This document shows, one piece after another, positions 18,999-29,226 of a stretch of 64,000 nucleotides of DNA. Origin of the DNA: Trueperaceae bacterium. GTDB taxonomy: Bacteria; Deinococcota; Deinococci; Deinococcales; Trueperaceae. Location: assembly GCA_965213705.1 (NCBI GenBank), contig OZ243913.1, positions 2,240,001 through 2,304,000 of the forward strand. Direction: 5' to 3'. Position 1 is the first letter of the stretch; each line of letters begins with the position of its first letter. A model generated the notes under the pieces. The model did not search any database and was not told the origin of the DNA. It was given only the letters and a program-made list of their open reading frames with translations. The position numbers and the translations under genes are program-made.

Positions 18999-20528
18999 AT
19001 GAGTGAGCATCACGACGCCCAACCCATCCTCAGCTTTGAACACGTCAGCAAGAGCTTTTTTGGGGTCAAGGCGGTTGACGACGTGAGCCTCACGCTTCTC
19101 AAGGGCCGTCTGCTCGGGCTCGTCGGCGAGAACGGCGCGGGCAAGTCCACGCTGATGAATATGCTGGGCGGTGTTTTGACGGCGGACGAGGGCGAGATAA
19201 GCGTGAACGGCGCGCCCTACGCGCCCAAAACGCCGCGCGACGCGGCTAAAGCGGGTATCGCCTTTATCCACCAAGAACTCAACTTGTTCACCAACCTCAC
19301 CCTCGCCGAAAACCTCTTTATCAACGCCTACCCGCGCCGCTTCGGGCTGCTCGACCGGCGCGGCATGGCGCGGCGTGCCAAAGAGGCGCTGGCTCGAGTC
19401 GGCTTAGACACGGGGTCGAGCACGCGCCTGGAGGACTTGTCCCCCGGCGAGCGGCAACTCGTCGAAATCGCCAAGGCTTTAATCGCCGAAGCGACCATCA
19501 TCATCTTCGACGAGCCCACCACCTCGCTCACCGAGCGCGAGACCGAGCGGCTGTTCGGGATTTTGCAGGAGCTTAAACGGGGCGGCACCTCGATGATTTA
19601 TATCTCGCACATCCTGGGCGACGTGCTGCGTTTGGCCGACGACGTGGCGGTGCTGCGCGACGGGCAACTTATCGAACAAAACACGCGCGACGCCTTCACC
19701 CCAGCCCGCATGATTTCGCTCATGGTCGGGCGGGACTTAAGCGCGCTTTACCCGCCGCGAACGCACAAATCTGGGGGTGAGAAAGCCACAGACGAGACGC
19801 TGCTCGAGGTGAACGGTCTGTCTCAACCCGGCATCGTCCACGACATCACTTTTAAGCTCCACCGGGGCGAGGTGCTGGGGTTGTACGGACTGATGGGCTC
19901 GGGCCGCAGTGAACTGGCGCGCGTCCTGTTCGGGCTGGATTCTTTTGATTCCGGCGAAGTGAAACTGAGGGGCGAGGCGCTGGCGAAAGTGGGGCCTCGA
20001 GCCTCCATCCGCAAGGGCCTCGCCTTTGTGACCGAAGACCGCCGCGCCGAAGGGTTGCTGATGCCCGCGTCCGTCGCCGACAACCTAAGCCTCGTTACGG
20101 TGGCGGAACACGCGGGGGCGCTGGGCCTGCTCGACGGTAAGAAGCTAAGACACAGCGCTGCAGATATAGGCGGCGCGCTGCACATCAAGACCCAGGGTGA
20201 GTACAAGCAGCCCGTCAAAACCCTTTCGGGCGGTAACCAGCAAAAAACCGTTTTGGGCAAGTGGGTCGCTTCGAAGCCGAGCGTGTTTATCCTGGACGAG
20301 CCGACCCGCGGTGTCGACGTGGGCGCAAAGTTCGAAGTTTACGCAATCGTCCAAGACCTCGCCGCAAAAGGTGCGGGCGTGCTCTTCATCTCGTCGGAAC
20401 TCGAAGAACTTATCGGCGTTTGCGACGCGATTCTCGTCATGCGCAACGGCGAAATCGTGCGGCGTTTCGAACTTAGCGACTTCGACCGCGAACACGTCCT
20501 TGCCGCCGCCTTTGGGGAGGCCGCATGA
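18999..20528 (+). CDS. Sugar ABC transporter ATP-binding protein (tandem NBD, RbsA-like)
   Basis: GENGAGKST, DEPT, LSGGNQQK, DEPTRGVDVGAK. Confidence 0.95.
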   Translation: MSEHHDAQPILSFEHVSKSFFGVKAVDDVSLTLLKGRLLGLVGENGAGKSTLMNMLGGVLTADEGEISVNGAPYAPKTPRDAAKAGIAFIHQELNLFTNLTLAENLFINAYPRRFGLLDRRGMARRAKEALARVGLDTGSSTRLEDLSPGERQLVEIAKALIAEATIIIFDEPTTSLTERETERLFGILQELKRGGTSMIYISHILGDVLRLADDVAVLRDGQLIEQNTRDAFTPARMISLMVGRDLSALYPPRTHKSGGEKATDETLLEVNGLSQPGIVHDITFKLHRGEVLGLYGLMGSGRSELARVLFGLDSFDSGEVKLRGEALAKVGPRASIRKGLAFVTEDRRAEGLLMPASVADNLSLVTVAEHAGALGLLDGKKLRHSAADIGGALHIKTQGEYKQPVKTLSGGNQQKTVLGKWVASKPSVFILDEPTRGVDVGAKFEVYAIVQDLAAKGAGVLFISSELEELIGVCDAILVMRNGEIVRRFELSDFDREHVLAAAFGEAA

Positions 20529-21547
20529 CGCCCGCGTCGTTTAGAGACCGGCTCGTGGTGTGGCTGTTGCGCTACAGCTCGGTCCTGCTGTTCGTTGCCA
20601 TTTTCGTCATTTTCGGGCTGCTGTCGCCACGGTTTTTACAAGTTTCGACCTTCGCGCTCATCGCCAAACAAGCTTCGTACATCGGCATCCTGGCCGTCGG
20701 TATGACGTTCGTGCTGCTTACGGCGGGCATTGACCTGTCGGTGGGCAGCATCATGTACCTCTCGGCGGTCGTCGCCGGGCTGGTGCTGCAAAACGGCGAA
20801 ACGCCGCTCGTGCTGGGTCTGCTGGCTTGTCTGGGTGTCGGCGCGACGTTCGGTCTCGTGAACGCGTTTTTTATCACGCGGCTCCGCATCATCCCCTTCG
20901 TCGTTACCCTGAGTACCCTCATCGCCGGGCGCGGGCTGGGCCTCGCTATCACCCGGTCGAAAGCGCTGGTACTGCCCAACAGCTTGTTCGACTTTTCCTC
21001 ACAGCGCTTTTTGGGAATTTCGGCCCCGGTATTCGTGTTCGTCGCCGTGGTCGCCGCCGCTTTCATAGTGTTGCGAATGACGCCGCTGGGCCGCTACGTT
21101 TACGCCTTCGGCAACGACGCGGAGGCCGCGCAAAAGGCGGGCATCGACACGGGGCGCACGCTCACGGCCGTGTACGTCATCAGCGGGCTGTGCGCGTCGC
21201 TGGCGGCGTTCGTCGCTATTTCACAGCTCGGCATCGTCAACCCGGCCTTCGGGGAGGGCGACGAACTCGACGCCATCGCGGCGGCGGTGTTGGGCGGCGC
21301 GAGTTTGTTCGGCGGGGTGGGCAGCGTGTTTCCGGGCACGGTGCTCGGCACGCTCCTCATCCAGATGGTGCAGTCGGGACTCGTGTTCGCCCGCGTCGAC
21401 GTGTTCGTGCAGCCGCTGGTGCAGGCGCTCGTCTTGCTCGTGGCGGTGCTCGTCGACAGCGCCCGCAACGGTTACTTGACCAAGCTGAAACGCCGCAACA
21501 TCCGCAAAGAAGCGGCTGGAGACGTGACGCCGGCGGAGGCCTCGTGA
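20525..21547 (+). CDS. Sugar ABC transporter permease
   Basis: TAGIDLSVGS, GRYVYAFGND.EAA, ELDAIAAAVLGGASLFGG. Confidence 0.9.
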   Translation: MTPASFRDRLVVWLLRYSSVLLFVAIFVIFGLLSPRFLQVSTFALIAKQASYIGILAVGMTFVLLTAGIDLSVGSIMYLSAVVAGLVLQNGETPLVLGLLACLGVGATFGLVNAFFITRLRIIPFVVTLSTLIAGRGLGLAITRSKALVLPNSLFDFSSQRFLGISAPVFVFVAVVAAAFIVLRMTPLGRYVYAFGNDAEAAQKAGIDTGRTLTAVYVISGLCASLAAFVAISQLGIVNPAFGEGDELDAIAAAVLGGASLFGGVGSVFPGTVLGTLLIQMVQSGLVFARVDVFVQPLVQALVLLVAVLVDSARNGYLTKLKRRNIRKEAAGDVTPAEAS

Positions 21548-21644
21548 TGCTCGAGCCGTTGAAAGCTGGAACGAAGGCCGCTTTTACCGAAAAGTTGCCG
21601 TGCTCGGTCCTCCTTTTGGAAAGAGTTAAGGGAGGTTCGCTTCC

Positions 21645-23480
21645 GTGACGGCCCCTAAAACGCCCTCGGAACACCCCTATTTCCTCCGCGCGGGTCCTTT
21701 GCGCGCCGTCTTCGAACCCACGACCGGGTTCTTGCGCTACTTGAGCGTCGGCGTAACCGAAGTATTGCGCGGCATCTACGCCGCGGTGCGCGACGAAAAC
21801 TGGGACACCGTGCCGGGCAAGCTCGAGGACGTGAGGCTCGAGCAACTCGACGACAGCTTTGACCTCCGTTTCGTAAGCGTTCATCAACAAGGTGGGGTTC
21901 ACTTCGTCTGGCAGGGCCGTGTCACGGGTTCGGCGAGCGGCGACGTCACTTTCAGCTTCGACGGCGAAGCTCGCTCGACGTTTCAACGCAACCGCATCGG
22001 CTTTTGCGTGCTTCACCCGGTAAGCTGCGCGGGCGTGCCTTGCCTTTTGGAACACGTGGGCGGAGGGGTCGAGGAAGACGCTTTTCCCAAACTTATCGCC
22101 CCCCACCAACCGTTTGAAAACCTCCGCGCCATCACGCACGAGACTCTACCGGGACTCCGCGCGACGGTGACAATGACCGGCGACACCTTTGAGACCGAAG
22201 ACCAGCGCAACTGGACCGACGCCTCGTTCAAGACCTACTGCACGCCGCTGAGCGAGCCCTTGCCCGTCACCGTGCCCGCCGGGACGCGCGTGCGGCAAAC
22301 GGTGACGTTAAGGTTTCAAGGCGACTTTCCCCCGGCCTCCGAAACACCGCCCCTCACGGTCACACTGACAGAAAACACTTTCGAGTTCCCGAAACTGGGT
22401 CTGGGCTCGAGCCAAACACCCCTAAGTGAAAAAGCGCTGGAACGCCTCAAGTTTCTCAAACTCGACCACCTGCGCCTCGACCTGGACTTAGGAACGGACT
22501 ACGAGAAGCGGCTCGAGCAAGTTACAAACGAGGCGCAGGCTTTGGGTGTGGGGCTCGAGCTTGCTCTTCACCTGAGTGACGAAGCAGAAGAGTTGGTGGG
22601 GGTGCTCGAGCCCTTGAAGCGGCTCCAGCCTCCCGTCGCTCGCTTTTTCGTGTTTCACAAAAAGGAAAAAAGTACCTCGGAGCGCGTGCTGAAGCTCGCC
22701 CGCAAAACCCTCTCCGCCTACGACCCGAACATTCCTCTCGGTGGCGGCACCGACGCCTTTTTCACCGAACTTAACCGCGAACGGCCGCCCACTGACTTTC
22801 TGGACGCCGTCGTTTATTCCCTCAACCCGCAAGTTCACGCTTTCGACAACGCCTCGCTGACCGAGACGCTGCCCGTTCAGGCGGAGACGGTGCGAAGTGC
22901 TGCGGCGTTCAGCGACCAAAAACCCGTCTGCGTGGGTCCTGTGACCCTGGCGATGCGCTGGAACCCGAACGCGACCACCGAAGGCAAGCCCAATCCCGGC
23001 GACCCACGACAGAAAACCCTGTACGGGGCCGCCTGGGCGCTCGGCAGCTTGAAGTACCTCATGACGAGCCCTGCGGCGAGCCTCACCTACTTTGAAACCT
23101 TTGGTGAGGCAGGCGTGACGGATGAGGACGGCGTTTATCCGCTCTACCACGTTTTTGCGGACATCGCCGAGTTCAAGGATGGCGCGGTGCGGGGAAGCGT
23201 CTCGAGCCGTCCCCTACAGGTCGAAAGCCTCACCTTGCAAAGTGGAAACCGACTTCGTCTGTTGCTGGCGAACATGACGGCTGAGTCCCAAACCGTAACG
23301 GTCGAGGGCTTGACAGGTGAATTTACGGTGCGCAGGCTGAACGAGGACAACGTGGAAGCGGCGAGGCTCGAGCCCGAACGCTACCATGAGGCTCCTCTTG
23401 AAACTTTGCGCGCCGAGGACGGTTCGCTGACGCTCACCTTGACGCCTCACGAAATAGTCCGGCTGGACGGCGAAACATGA
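21645..23480 (+). CDS. apnL: D-apionate lactonase-like protein
   Basis: LRAGPL..LRYL..EVLRGIYAAVRDENWDT, RNRIGFCVLHP, FETEDQRNWTDASFKTYCTPL, GGGT.AFFTELNR; context with apsD/oiaK/apnO. Confidence 0.75.
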   Translation: MTAPKTPSEHPYFLRAGPLRAVFEPTTGFLRYLSVGVTEVLRGIYAAVRDENWDTVPGKLEDVRLEQLDDSFDLRFVSVHQQGGVHFVWQGRVTGSASGDVTFSFDGEARSTFQRNRIGFCVLHPVSCAGVPCLLEHVGGGVEEDAFPKLIAPHQPFENLRAITHETLPGLRATVTMTGDTFETEDQRNWTDASFKTYCTPLSEPLPVTVPAGTRVRQTVTLRFQGDFPPASETPPLTVTLTENTFEFPKLGLGSSQTPLSEKALERLKFLKLDHLRLDLDLGTDYEKRLEQVTNEAQALGVGLELALHLSDEAEELVGVLEPLKRLQPPVARFFVFHKKEKSTSERVLKLARKTLSAYDPNIPLGGGTDAFFTELNRERPPTDFLDAVVYSLNPQVHAFDNASLTETLPVQAETVRSAAAFSDQKPVCVGPVTLAMRWNPNATTEGKPNPGDPRQKTLYGAAWALGSLKYLMTSPAASLTYFETFGEAGVTDEDGVYPLYHVFADIAEFKDGAVRGSVSSRPLQVESLTLQSGNRLRLLLANMTAESQTVTVEGLTGEFTVRRLNEDNVEAARLEPERYHEAPLETLRAEDGSLTLTLTPHEIVRLDGET

Positions 23481-24481
23481 ACGGCGCGCTGGTTGGCTGC
23501 GGCTTTTTCGCGCGGCATCATCTTCACGCCTGGCAGGTGTTGGAGGACGCCGACATCGTCGCGGTATGTGACCTCAACGGAGCGCGGGCCGAGGCCTATG
23601 CCCGTGAGTTCGGCATCCCCAGGTTTTACAGCGATGTGGAGGCGATGTTGGGGCACGAATCTTTAGATTTCGTCGACATCGCCACGCAGGCAAACACGCA
23701 CCGGACGCTTGTTGAAACGGTCGCGGCGCGCGGCCTGAACGTCATCTGCCAAAAACCCCTCGCGCCGAGTTTGGCGGAGGCTCGAGAAACCGTCGCCTCG
23801 GCTCGCAACGTCACCTTTATGGTTCACGAAAACTTCCGCTGGCAGCGGCCCATGCTCGAGCTTAAAAAGGCGAGCGCCGAAATAGGCGCCCTCTTTTACG
23901 GGCGCATAAGCTTTCGCAGCGCTTACGATGTGTACAAAAACCAGCCCTACCTGGCGACCGACGAACGCTTTATCCTCTATGACCTGGGCGTACACCTGTT
24001 CGACCTCGCCCGCTTTTTTTTCGGCGAGGCCGACTCCTTGCTCTGCCACACGAGCCGCGTCAACCCGAACATCCGGGGCGAGGATGTCGCCACGGCACTT
24101 TTGGAGATGCAGAGCGGCGCGCACGTCGTCGTCGAAATGAGCTACGCGTCACGGCTCGAGCGCGAACACTTCCCGCAAACGTTGGTCACGCTCGAGGGCG
24201 ACAAAGGCTCGGCGGTGCTCGGTGCGGACTACCACATCACCGTGACGACGCCCGGCGGGACGCGCTACTTGGACGCTTCGCCGCGTCCTCTGTGGACACC
24301 CGCGCCCGCCAACGCCATCCCCGAGAGCGTGCTCAACATCCAGCGGCACTGGCTCGGATGTCTCGAAGCGGGCAAAACCCCCGACACCTCGGGGGAGGAC
24401 AATTTGAAGACGCTCGAGCTTACCTTCGGTGCTTACGAGTCGGCGGACGAGGGCAAGACAGTCACTTTGGGGGAAGCGTGA
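23477..24481 (+). CDS. apsD: Gfo/Idh/MocA oxidoreductase, D-apiose dehydrogenase-like
   Basis: GCGFFARHHLHAW, CQKP, MVHENFRWQ, NQPYL, DLGVHLFD; cluster context. Confidence 0.7.
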   Translation: MNGALVGCGFFARHHLHAWQVLEDADIVAVCDLNGARAEAYAREFGIPRFYSDVEAMLGHESLDFVDIATQANTHRTLVETVAARGLNVICQKPLAPSLAEARETVASARNVTFMVHENFRWQRPMLELKKASAEIGALFYGRISFRSAYDVYKNQPYLATDERFILYDLGVHLFDLARFFFGEADSLLCHTSRVNPNIRGEDVATALLEMQSGAHVVVEMSYASRLEREHFPQTLVTLEGDKGSAVLGADYHITVTTPGGTRYLDASPRPLWTPAPANAIPESVLNIQRHWLGCLEAGKTPDTSGEDNLKTLELTFGAYESADEGKTVTLGEA

Positions 24482-25737
24482 GCGAGCGCGTCCGGGCTAC
24501 TTACCTCGTCGAGACGGCGCACCCGCTCCACAAAGCTGCGGAGATGATGGCGGGCGAGCAGTCTACCGGCACCTTTGTCAAAGTGCCGGGCGAAACGCCG
24601 GAGCTTCACGCGCGTTACGGTGCGCGTGTCGAGCGCGTCACGGAGTTAGAAGAGGTCGACACGCCCTCGCTGCCGGGCGCGCGGCCACCCAAAGCTTTCA
24701 AAGGCTACAAGCGCGCTGAGATTGTGTTGTCGTTCCCGCCCGAGACCGTCGGCACCTCGCTGACCGGGCTGTGGACGGCGGTCGCGGGCAACCTGTTCGA
24801 GTTGAGCCCTTTCTCCGGCCTGAGACTCAGCGGCTTGAGCTTGCCGGACGAGTTTTTGAAGGCGCAGCCGGGGCCGCAGTTTGGTGTCGCCGGGACGCGG
24901 CGGCTTTTGGGTGTGGAAGAGCGCCCGCTCATCGGCACCATCATCAAACCGAGCGTCGGCCTCTCTCCCACAGAAACAGCCGCGCTCGTCGCGGAACTGT
25001 GCAAAGCCGGGCTGGACTTTATCAAAGACGACGAACTGCAAAGCGATTCGCCGCACTCGCCCTTCGAGGCGCGCGTCGCGGCAGTGATGCGCGAGGTCAA
25101 TAAGCACGCCGAGAAGACCGGCAAGCGCGTGATGGTTGCCTTTAATCTGACGGGTGACCTCGACACGATGCTGCGCCGCCACGACTTCGTGCGGGCGCAG
25201 GGGGGCACTTGCGTGATGCTCAACCTTCTCGCCGTGGGTCTCGCCGGGGTGCAAAGTTTGCGCAAGCACGCTGCGCTACCCGTCCACGGCCACCGGGCGG
25301 GTTGGGGGATGCTGTCGCGCCACCCGCTTTTGGGGCTGGACTACGGTGCGGCGGCGACGTTTTTTCGCCTCGCGGGGGCCGACCATTTACACGTCAACGG
25401 GCTCCGCAACAAGTTCTGTGAGGCCGACGCCTCGGTCGTCGCTTCGGCTAAGGGCTGCCTCACGCCGCTGAGCGTTTCTCATCCGGCTGTAGTGATGCCC
25501 GTATTTTCCTCCGGGCAGTGGGCGGGGCAAGTTCCCGACACGTATCAGGCCCTGGGCAGCAGCGACTTTATCTACCTGGCGGGCGGCGGCATCATGGCGC
25601 ATCCCGGCGGGCCGGGTGAAGGTGTAAAGAGTCTTCAGCAAGCCTGGGGTGCGGCCTTGCAGGGCGTCCCCCTCGAGACCCACGCCCAAAACCACCCGGC
25701 CCTAAAGCAAGCCATCGAAACCTTTGGTGCGTCGTGA
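24478..25737 (+). CDS. RuBisCO-like protein (form IV), 3-oxo-isoapionate-4-phosphate transcarboxylase/decarboxylase (OiaT/OiaX type)
   Basis: GEQSTGTF, GTIIKPSVGL, GLDFIKDDE, HGHRAG, PVFSSG, AGGGIMAHPGG; GTG 24478 overlaps the upstream stop. Confidence 0.85.
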   Translation: MSERVRATYLVETAHPLHKAAEMMAGEQSTGTFVKVPGETPELHARYGARVERVTELEEVDTPSLPGARPPKAFKGYKRAEIVLSFPPETVGTSLTGLWTAVAGNLFELSPFSGLRLSGLSLPDEFLKAQPGPQFGVAGTRRLLGVEERPLIGTIIKPSVGLSPTETAALVAELCKAGLDFIKDDELQSDSPHSPFEARVAAVMREVNKHAEKTGKRVMVAFNLTGDLDTMLRRHDFVRAQGGTCVMLNLLAVGLAGVQSLRKHAALPVHGHRAGWGMLSRHPLLGLDYGAAATFFRLAGADHLHVNGLRNKFCEADASVVASAKGCLTPLSVSHPAVVMPVFSSGQWAGQVPDTYQALGSSDFIYLAGGGIMAHPGGPGEGVKSLQQAWGAALQGVPLETHAQNHPALKQAIETFGAS

Positions 25738-27062
25738 GCTATTTACTCGCTTACTACGGCGACGACTTCACCGGCTCGACCGACGTGCTGGAAGTGCTCA
25801 GCTTGGCCGGCGTGCCGACCGTGTTGTTCTTGGCCCCGCCCACCGACGAGCAACTTGCCGCCTTTCCCGATATGCAAGCCGTCGGCATCGCGGGCATCAG
25901 CCGCAGCCTGACGCCGGAAGAGATGGACACCGAACTGCCGCCCATCTTTCGAGCCTTGAAAAAGCTCGAGGCGACCTACACCCACTACAAAGTCTGCTCG
26001 ACCTTCGACTCGTCGCCGCGGATAGGGAGCATCGGCAAAGCGCTTGAGCTGCTGCGCGAAGCGTTCCCGCAAAGGGCGGTGCCACTCGTGGTCGGCGCGC
26101 CTGTCCTGAAACGCTACGTGGCTTTCGGCAACCTGTTCGCCAGCGTAGAAGCAGAAACTTACCGCCTCGACCGCCACCCGACCATGAGCAAACACCCCGC
26201 CACGCCGATGGCCGAGGCCGATGTGCGGCGGCATTTGTCCGAGCAGACCCGTCTGAGCACCGGGCTGGTGGACGTGCTGACGCTCGAGCGCGGTCTTGAG
26301 GCCACCCTGATGCGCGTCGCCACCCTCAGCGACGAAGGACATCCGGTCGCGCTGTTCGACACGGTCAACGAGGCGCACCTCCTCACCCTCGGTGAAACGC
26401 TTGAAAAGCTTGCTGAACGGGGCAACCGCTTCGTGGTCGGCTCGTCGGGCGTCGAGTACGCCCTGACAACTTACCTTCGGCACGCGGGGCGGCTTGGGGC
26501 ACCGCCTGACCTCCCCACGCCGGGCCGCGCCGAGCGCATCATCGTGATGTCCGGCAGCGCCGCGCCCGCAACCGCCGCGCAGTTAACAGAGGCCGAGCGG
26601 CGGGGCTTCAAACTCATCCGCATCGATGTACCCCGTTTGTTAGGTGGCGAAGCCGCAGCGGAACACGCGCGGCTCAAGAGGGAGGCTTGTGCGGCTTTAC
26701 GTGAGGGCCGCAACGTCGTTCTTTACTCGGCGCGCGGCCCCGACGACCCGGCTCTGGCGGCATTTGGTAATCGAGTTGCCGCGGGACAAAAGCTCGGTAG
26801 CGCGCAAGGTATTTTGCTGCGCGACCTGGTCGGAGCGTCCGGCGTCCGCCGCGTCTGCGTGGCGGGGGGCGACACTTGCGGCTACGCAGCGCGGCAACTT
26901 TCGCTCTACGCACTGAAGTTTATGGTTCCTCTCGCGCCGGGCTCACCGCTGTGCCGGGCGCGCTCGAGCGACGCCCTTTTCGACGGCTTAGAACTCTCGC
27001 TCAAGGCGGGCCAAGTCGGCCGTCCGGATTATTTTATTTCTGTCCTCGAAGGACACGTTTAG
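25734..27062 (+). CDS. oiaK: Four-carbon acid sugar kinase (DUF1537), 3-oxo-isoapionate kinase-like
   Basis: YYGDDFTGSTD, HYKVCSTFDSS, RLDRHPTMSKHP.TPM.EAD, AGGDT, LKAGQVG. Confidence 0.8.
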   Translation: MSYLLAYYGDDFTGSTDVLEVLSLAGVPTVLFLAPPTDEQLAAFPDMQAVGIAGISRSLTPEEMDTELPPIFRALKKLEATYTHYKVCSTFDSSPRIGSIGKALELLREAFPQRAVPLVVGAPVLKRYVAFGNLFASVEAETYRLDRHPTMSKHPATPMAEADVRRHLSEQTRLSTGLVDVLTLERGLEATLMRVATLSDEGHPVALFDTVNEAHLLTLGETLEKLAERGNRFVVGSSGVEYALTTYLRHAGRLGAPPDLPTPGRAERIIVMSGSAAPATAAQLTEAERRGFKLIRIDVPRLLGGEAAAEHARLKREACAALREGRNVVLYSARGPDDPALAAFGNRVAAGQKLGSAQGILLRDLVGASGVRRVCVAGGDTCGYAARQLSLYALKFMVPLAPGSPLCRARSSDALFDGLELSLKAGQVGRPDYFISVLEGHV

Positions 27063-27071
27063 GAGGCGAAC

Positions 27072-27938
27072 ATGGCAGCTTCGACAACAAACCCGGCGAC
27101 AACCACGGTGGCCCTCATGGGCGCGGGCGGCAAGATGGGCCGACGCATCACCGACAACGTCAAAGATTTACCCGACTATGACATGCGCTATTTAGAAGTG
27201 AGTCCCGAGGGCCGGGCGGGACTGCGGGGACTCGGCCTCACCCCGAGCGATCAAGACGAGGTGTTAAGTCAAGCCGACGCCGTCATCCTCGCGCTGCCCG
27301 ACCGCTTTATCGGGCGCATCACCCAGGAGGTCGTCCCAAAGCTCAAAGGGGGCGCGATGGTCGTGAGTCTCGACCCGGCGGCGGCCCACGCGGGCGTCAT
27401 ACCGGTTCGGGACGACCTCGTCTACTTCGTCACCCATCCCTGCCACCCGCCGCTCTTTCACGACGAGACGAGCGAAGCGGCGCGCACGGACTGGTTCGGC
27501 GGCGTATACGCCAAACAGCACATCGTCTGCGCGCTCCACCACGGCCCCGAGGAGGCTTACGCTGTGGGTGAGGCGCTGGCGCGTGACATCTACGCGCCGG
27601 TCATGAACAGCTACCGCGTCACGGTCGAGCAGATGGCGATTCTCGAGCCCGCCCTCGCCGAAACCTTCGCCGCCACGCTCGTCACCGCCATGAAAGAGGC
27701 GCTCGACGAGGCGGTGAAGATGGGCGTCCCTGAGGAGGCGGCGCGCGAGTTTTTGTTCGGCCACATCCGCATCGAACTCGCCATCGTCTTCGGCTTGGCT
27801 GGGTTCCCCTTTTCCGACGGCGCGAAGCTCGCTATCGCACAAGCCTATGACAAGATTTTCAAGCCCGACTGGAAAGAGAACATCATGAGCTTGCGCGCTC
27901 TACAGCAAAGCGTGGAACAAATCACGCATCAGGAGTAA
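27072..27938 (+). CDS. apnO: D-apionate oxidoisomerase-like (PGDH C-terminal domain family)
   Basis: GAGGKMG, LDPAA, THPCHPP, QHIVCAL, TVEQMAILEP, FSDGA. Confidence 0.8.
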   Translation: MAASTTNPATTTVALMGAGGKMGRRITDNVKDLPDYDMRYLEVSPEGRAGLRGLGLTPSDQDEVLSQADAVILALPDRFIGRITQEVVPKLKGGAMVVSLDPAAAHAGVIPVRDDLVYFVTHPCHPPLFHDETSEAARTDWFGGVYAKQHIVCALHHGPEEAYAVGEALARDIYAPVMNSYRVTVEQMAILEPALAETFAATLVTAMKEALDEAVKMGVPEEAAREFLFGHIRIELAIVFGLAGFPFSDGAKLAIAQAYDKIFKPDWKENIMSLRALQQSVEQITHQE

Positions 27939-28091
27939 GCAGTAAGGCTACACTGCTCTAAGGGCCATGCCTGTTCAACTTCCTTGGTGAAAGGAACTGA
28001 ATCCTTTGTGCAACTGGTTAAATGATGGCGACTGTTTGCTAACCATATGGTCCATGCCATCTTCTCGTTGCAGTTTTTGCGTGGAGAGTCA

Positions 28092-29087
28092 ATGGAATAT
28101 AACTTTCGCTTTGACCGTTCACAGTCTGACGTGATCCTGCACCGCCTGCGGACAGAAAAGCTCCTTTCGCAGGGCTGGGGGGGTGGCAGTGATGTGGACC
28201 TTCGGGTGAATCAAGATGATTTCGTCCGTAAGACATACGACTATTACGGTTTGAAAACGACAAGAATCCCGTCGAATCTGCTGCGTATGCGCGACCTAAG
28301 AAACGCCGATCTCCTCGTCACGCCTCACCTGCCGGAATACGGAAAAGTCTCCGCTCACGTCGTCGAGGGAAACTTTCCGGCCTGCTACAGTTATCTTCAG
28401 GATGATGCCACACATCTAAACCACCGCATCAGAATCATCCAGTCTTATGGGCTTGATGGTAGTATCAGCATTCAAAACGCGTTACTCGCCCGCTGGCGCG
28501 GGAAACTGCAATGGCTTCGCCTGCCCATGCTTCCACTGGGTGACCTAGGTCAATCCTTTCGCCAAATTACCAGGCAAATTGACGAGGCTCCAAGTACAAC
28601 CTTTGAACCGTCCGTTCTGGAGCAATATTTCAGCGAGCTCCGAAGGCGTCTCCTTGCGAGATGCAAAGACGAACTTGCTGGGATCGCGCCGAGCGGGGGC
28701 AATATTTCGTTCGAGAAGGTTTGCGAAAGGCTCGTCCACGCGGCGGGTTACCAAATAGAAGCGCGCAACCAGTACGACAGAGTGGGCGGGGACGCGGATC
28801 TCATCTGTTCCCGCAGGCGTTCAGAGGGTTCCGCCTTTGAGACCGGAGTCTCAACGCTGCTTATCCAAATCAAGAAACATTCCGGCGTCACTGATGAACA
28901 GGCGGTTTGGCAGTTGCTAGAGATACTTCCTCGTTATCCCGACGCTAACGCAGCGGTAATGTCCCTTGCCGACGCCTTTTCAGAAGAGGCCACGGCGCTT
29001 GCAGAAAAAAACGGCATCGTGCTTTTGAACGGAGATGAAATTTGTACGCTGTTGTTGGCAGAGCTGACCAACGTAACCGCACAATGA
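28092..29087 (+). CDS. Mrr-like restriction endonuclease (C-terminal Mrr_cat PD-QxK domain)
   Basis: FEKVCERLV..AGY, GGDADLI, LIQIKKH, F.EEA..LA....IVLLNGDE; lower GC; GGAG RBS before ATG 28092. Confidence 0.75.
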   Translation: MEYNFRFDRSQSDVILHRLRTEKLLSQGWGGGSDVDLRVNQDDFVRKTYDYYGLKTTRIPSNLLRMRDLRNADLLVTPHLPEYGKVSAHVVEGNFPACYSYLQDDATHLNHRIRIIQSYGLDGSISIQNALLARWRGKLQWLRLPMLPLGDLGQSFRQITRQIDEAPSTTFEPSVLEQYFSELRRRLLARCKDELAGIAPSGGNISFEKVCERLVHAAGYQIEARNQYDRVGGDADLICSRRRSEGSAFETGVSTLLIQIKKHSGVTDEQAVWQLLEILPRYPDANAAVMSLADAFSEEATALAEKNGIVLLNGDEICTLLLAELTNVTAQ

Positions 29088-29226
29088 GTGCTTGTCGCCG
29101 ACTTCTTGTGTTTGGAGAAATGTCTGCTCCTACTGCGTTGGTAGCCCGTGCGACTGAGCTATAAACCGTCGTGTGCAGATTCAGTCATCAAAGTTTAGTG
29201 AACGACTCACTTTTTTCACGGTCCTT

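Noticed and set aside
24478..25737. RuBisCO as evidence of CO2 fixation
   Set aside because: About 419 aa, form IV-like sequence, no small subunit or phosphoribulokinase, and embedded in a sugar-acid catabolic operon.
28005..29190. 8-bp inverted match (ACTGAATC/GATTCAGT) flanking the Mrr-like gene as element ends
   Set aside because: Too short to exceed chance, and no target duplication seen.
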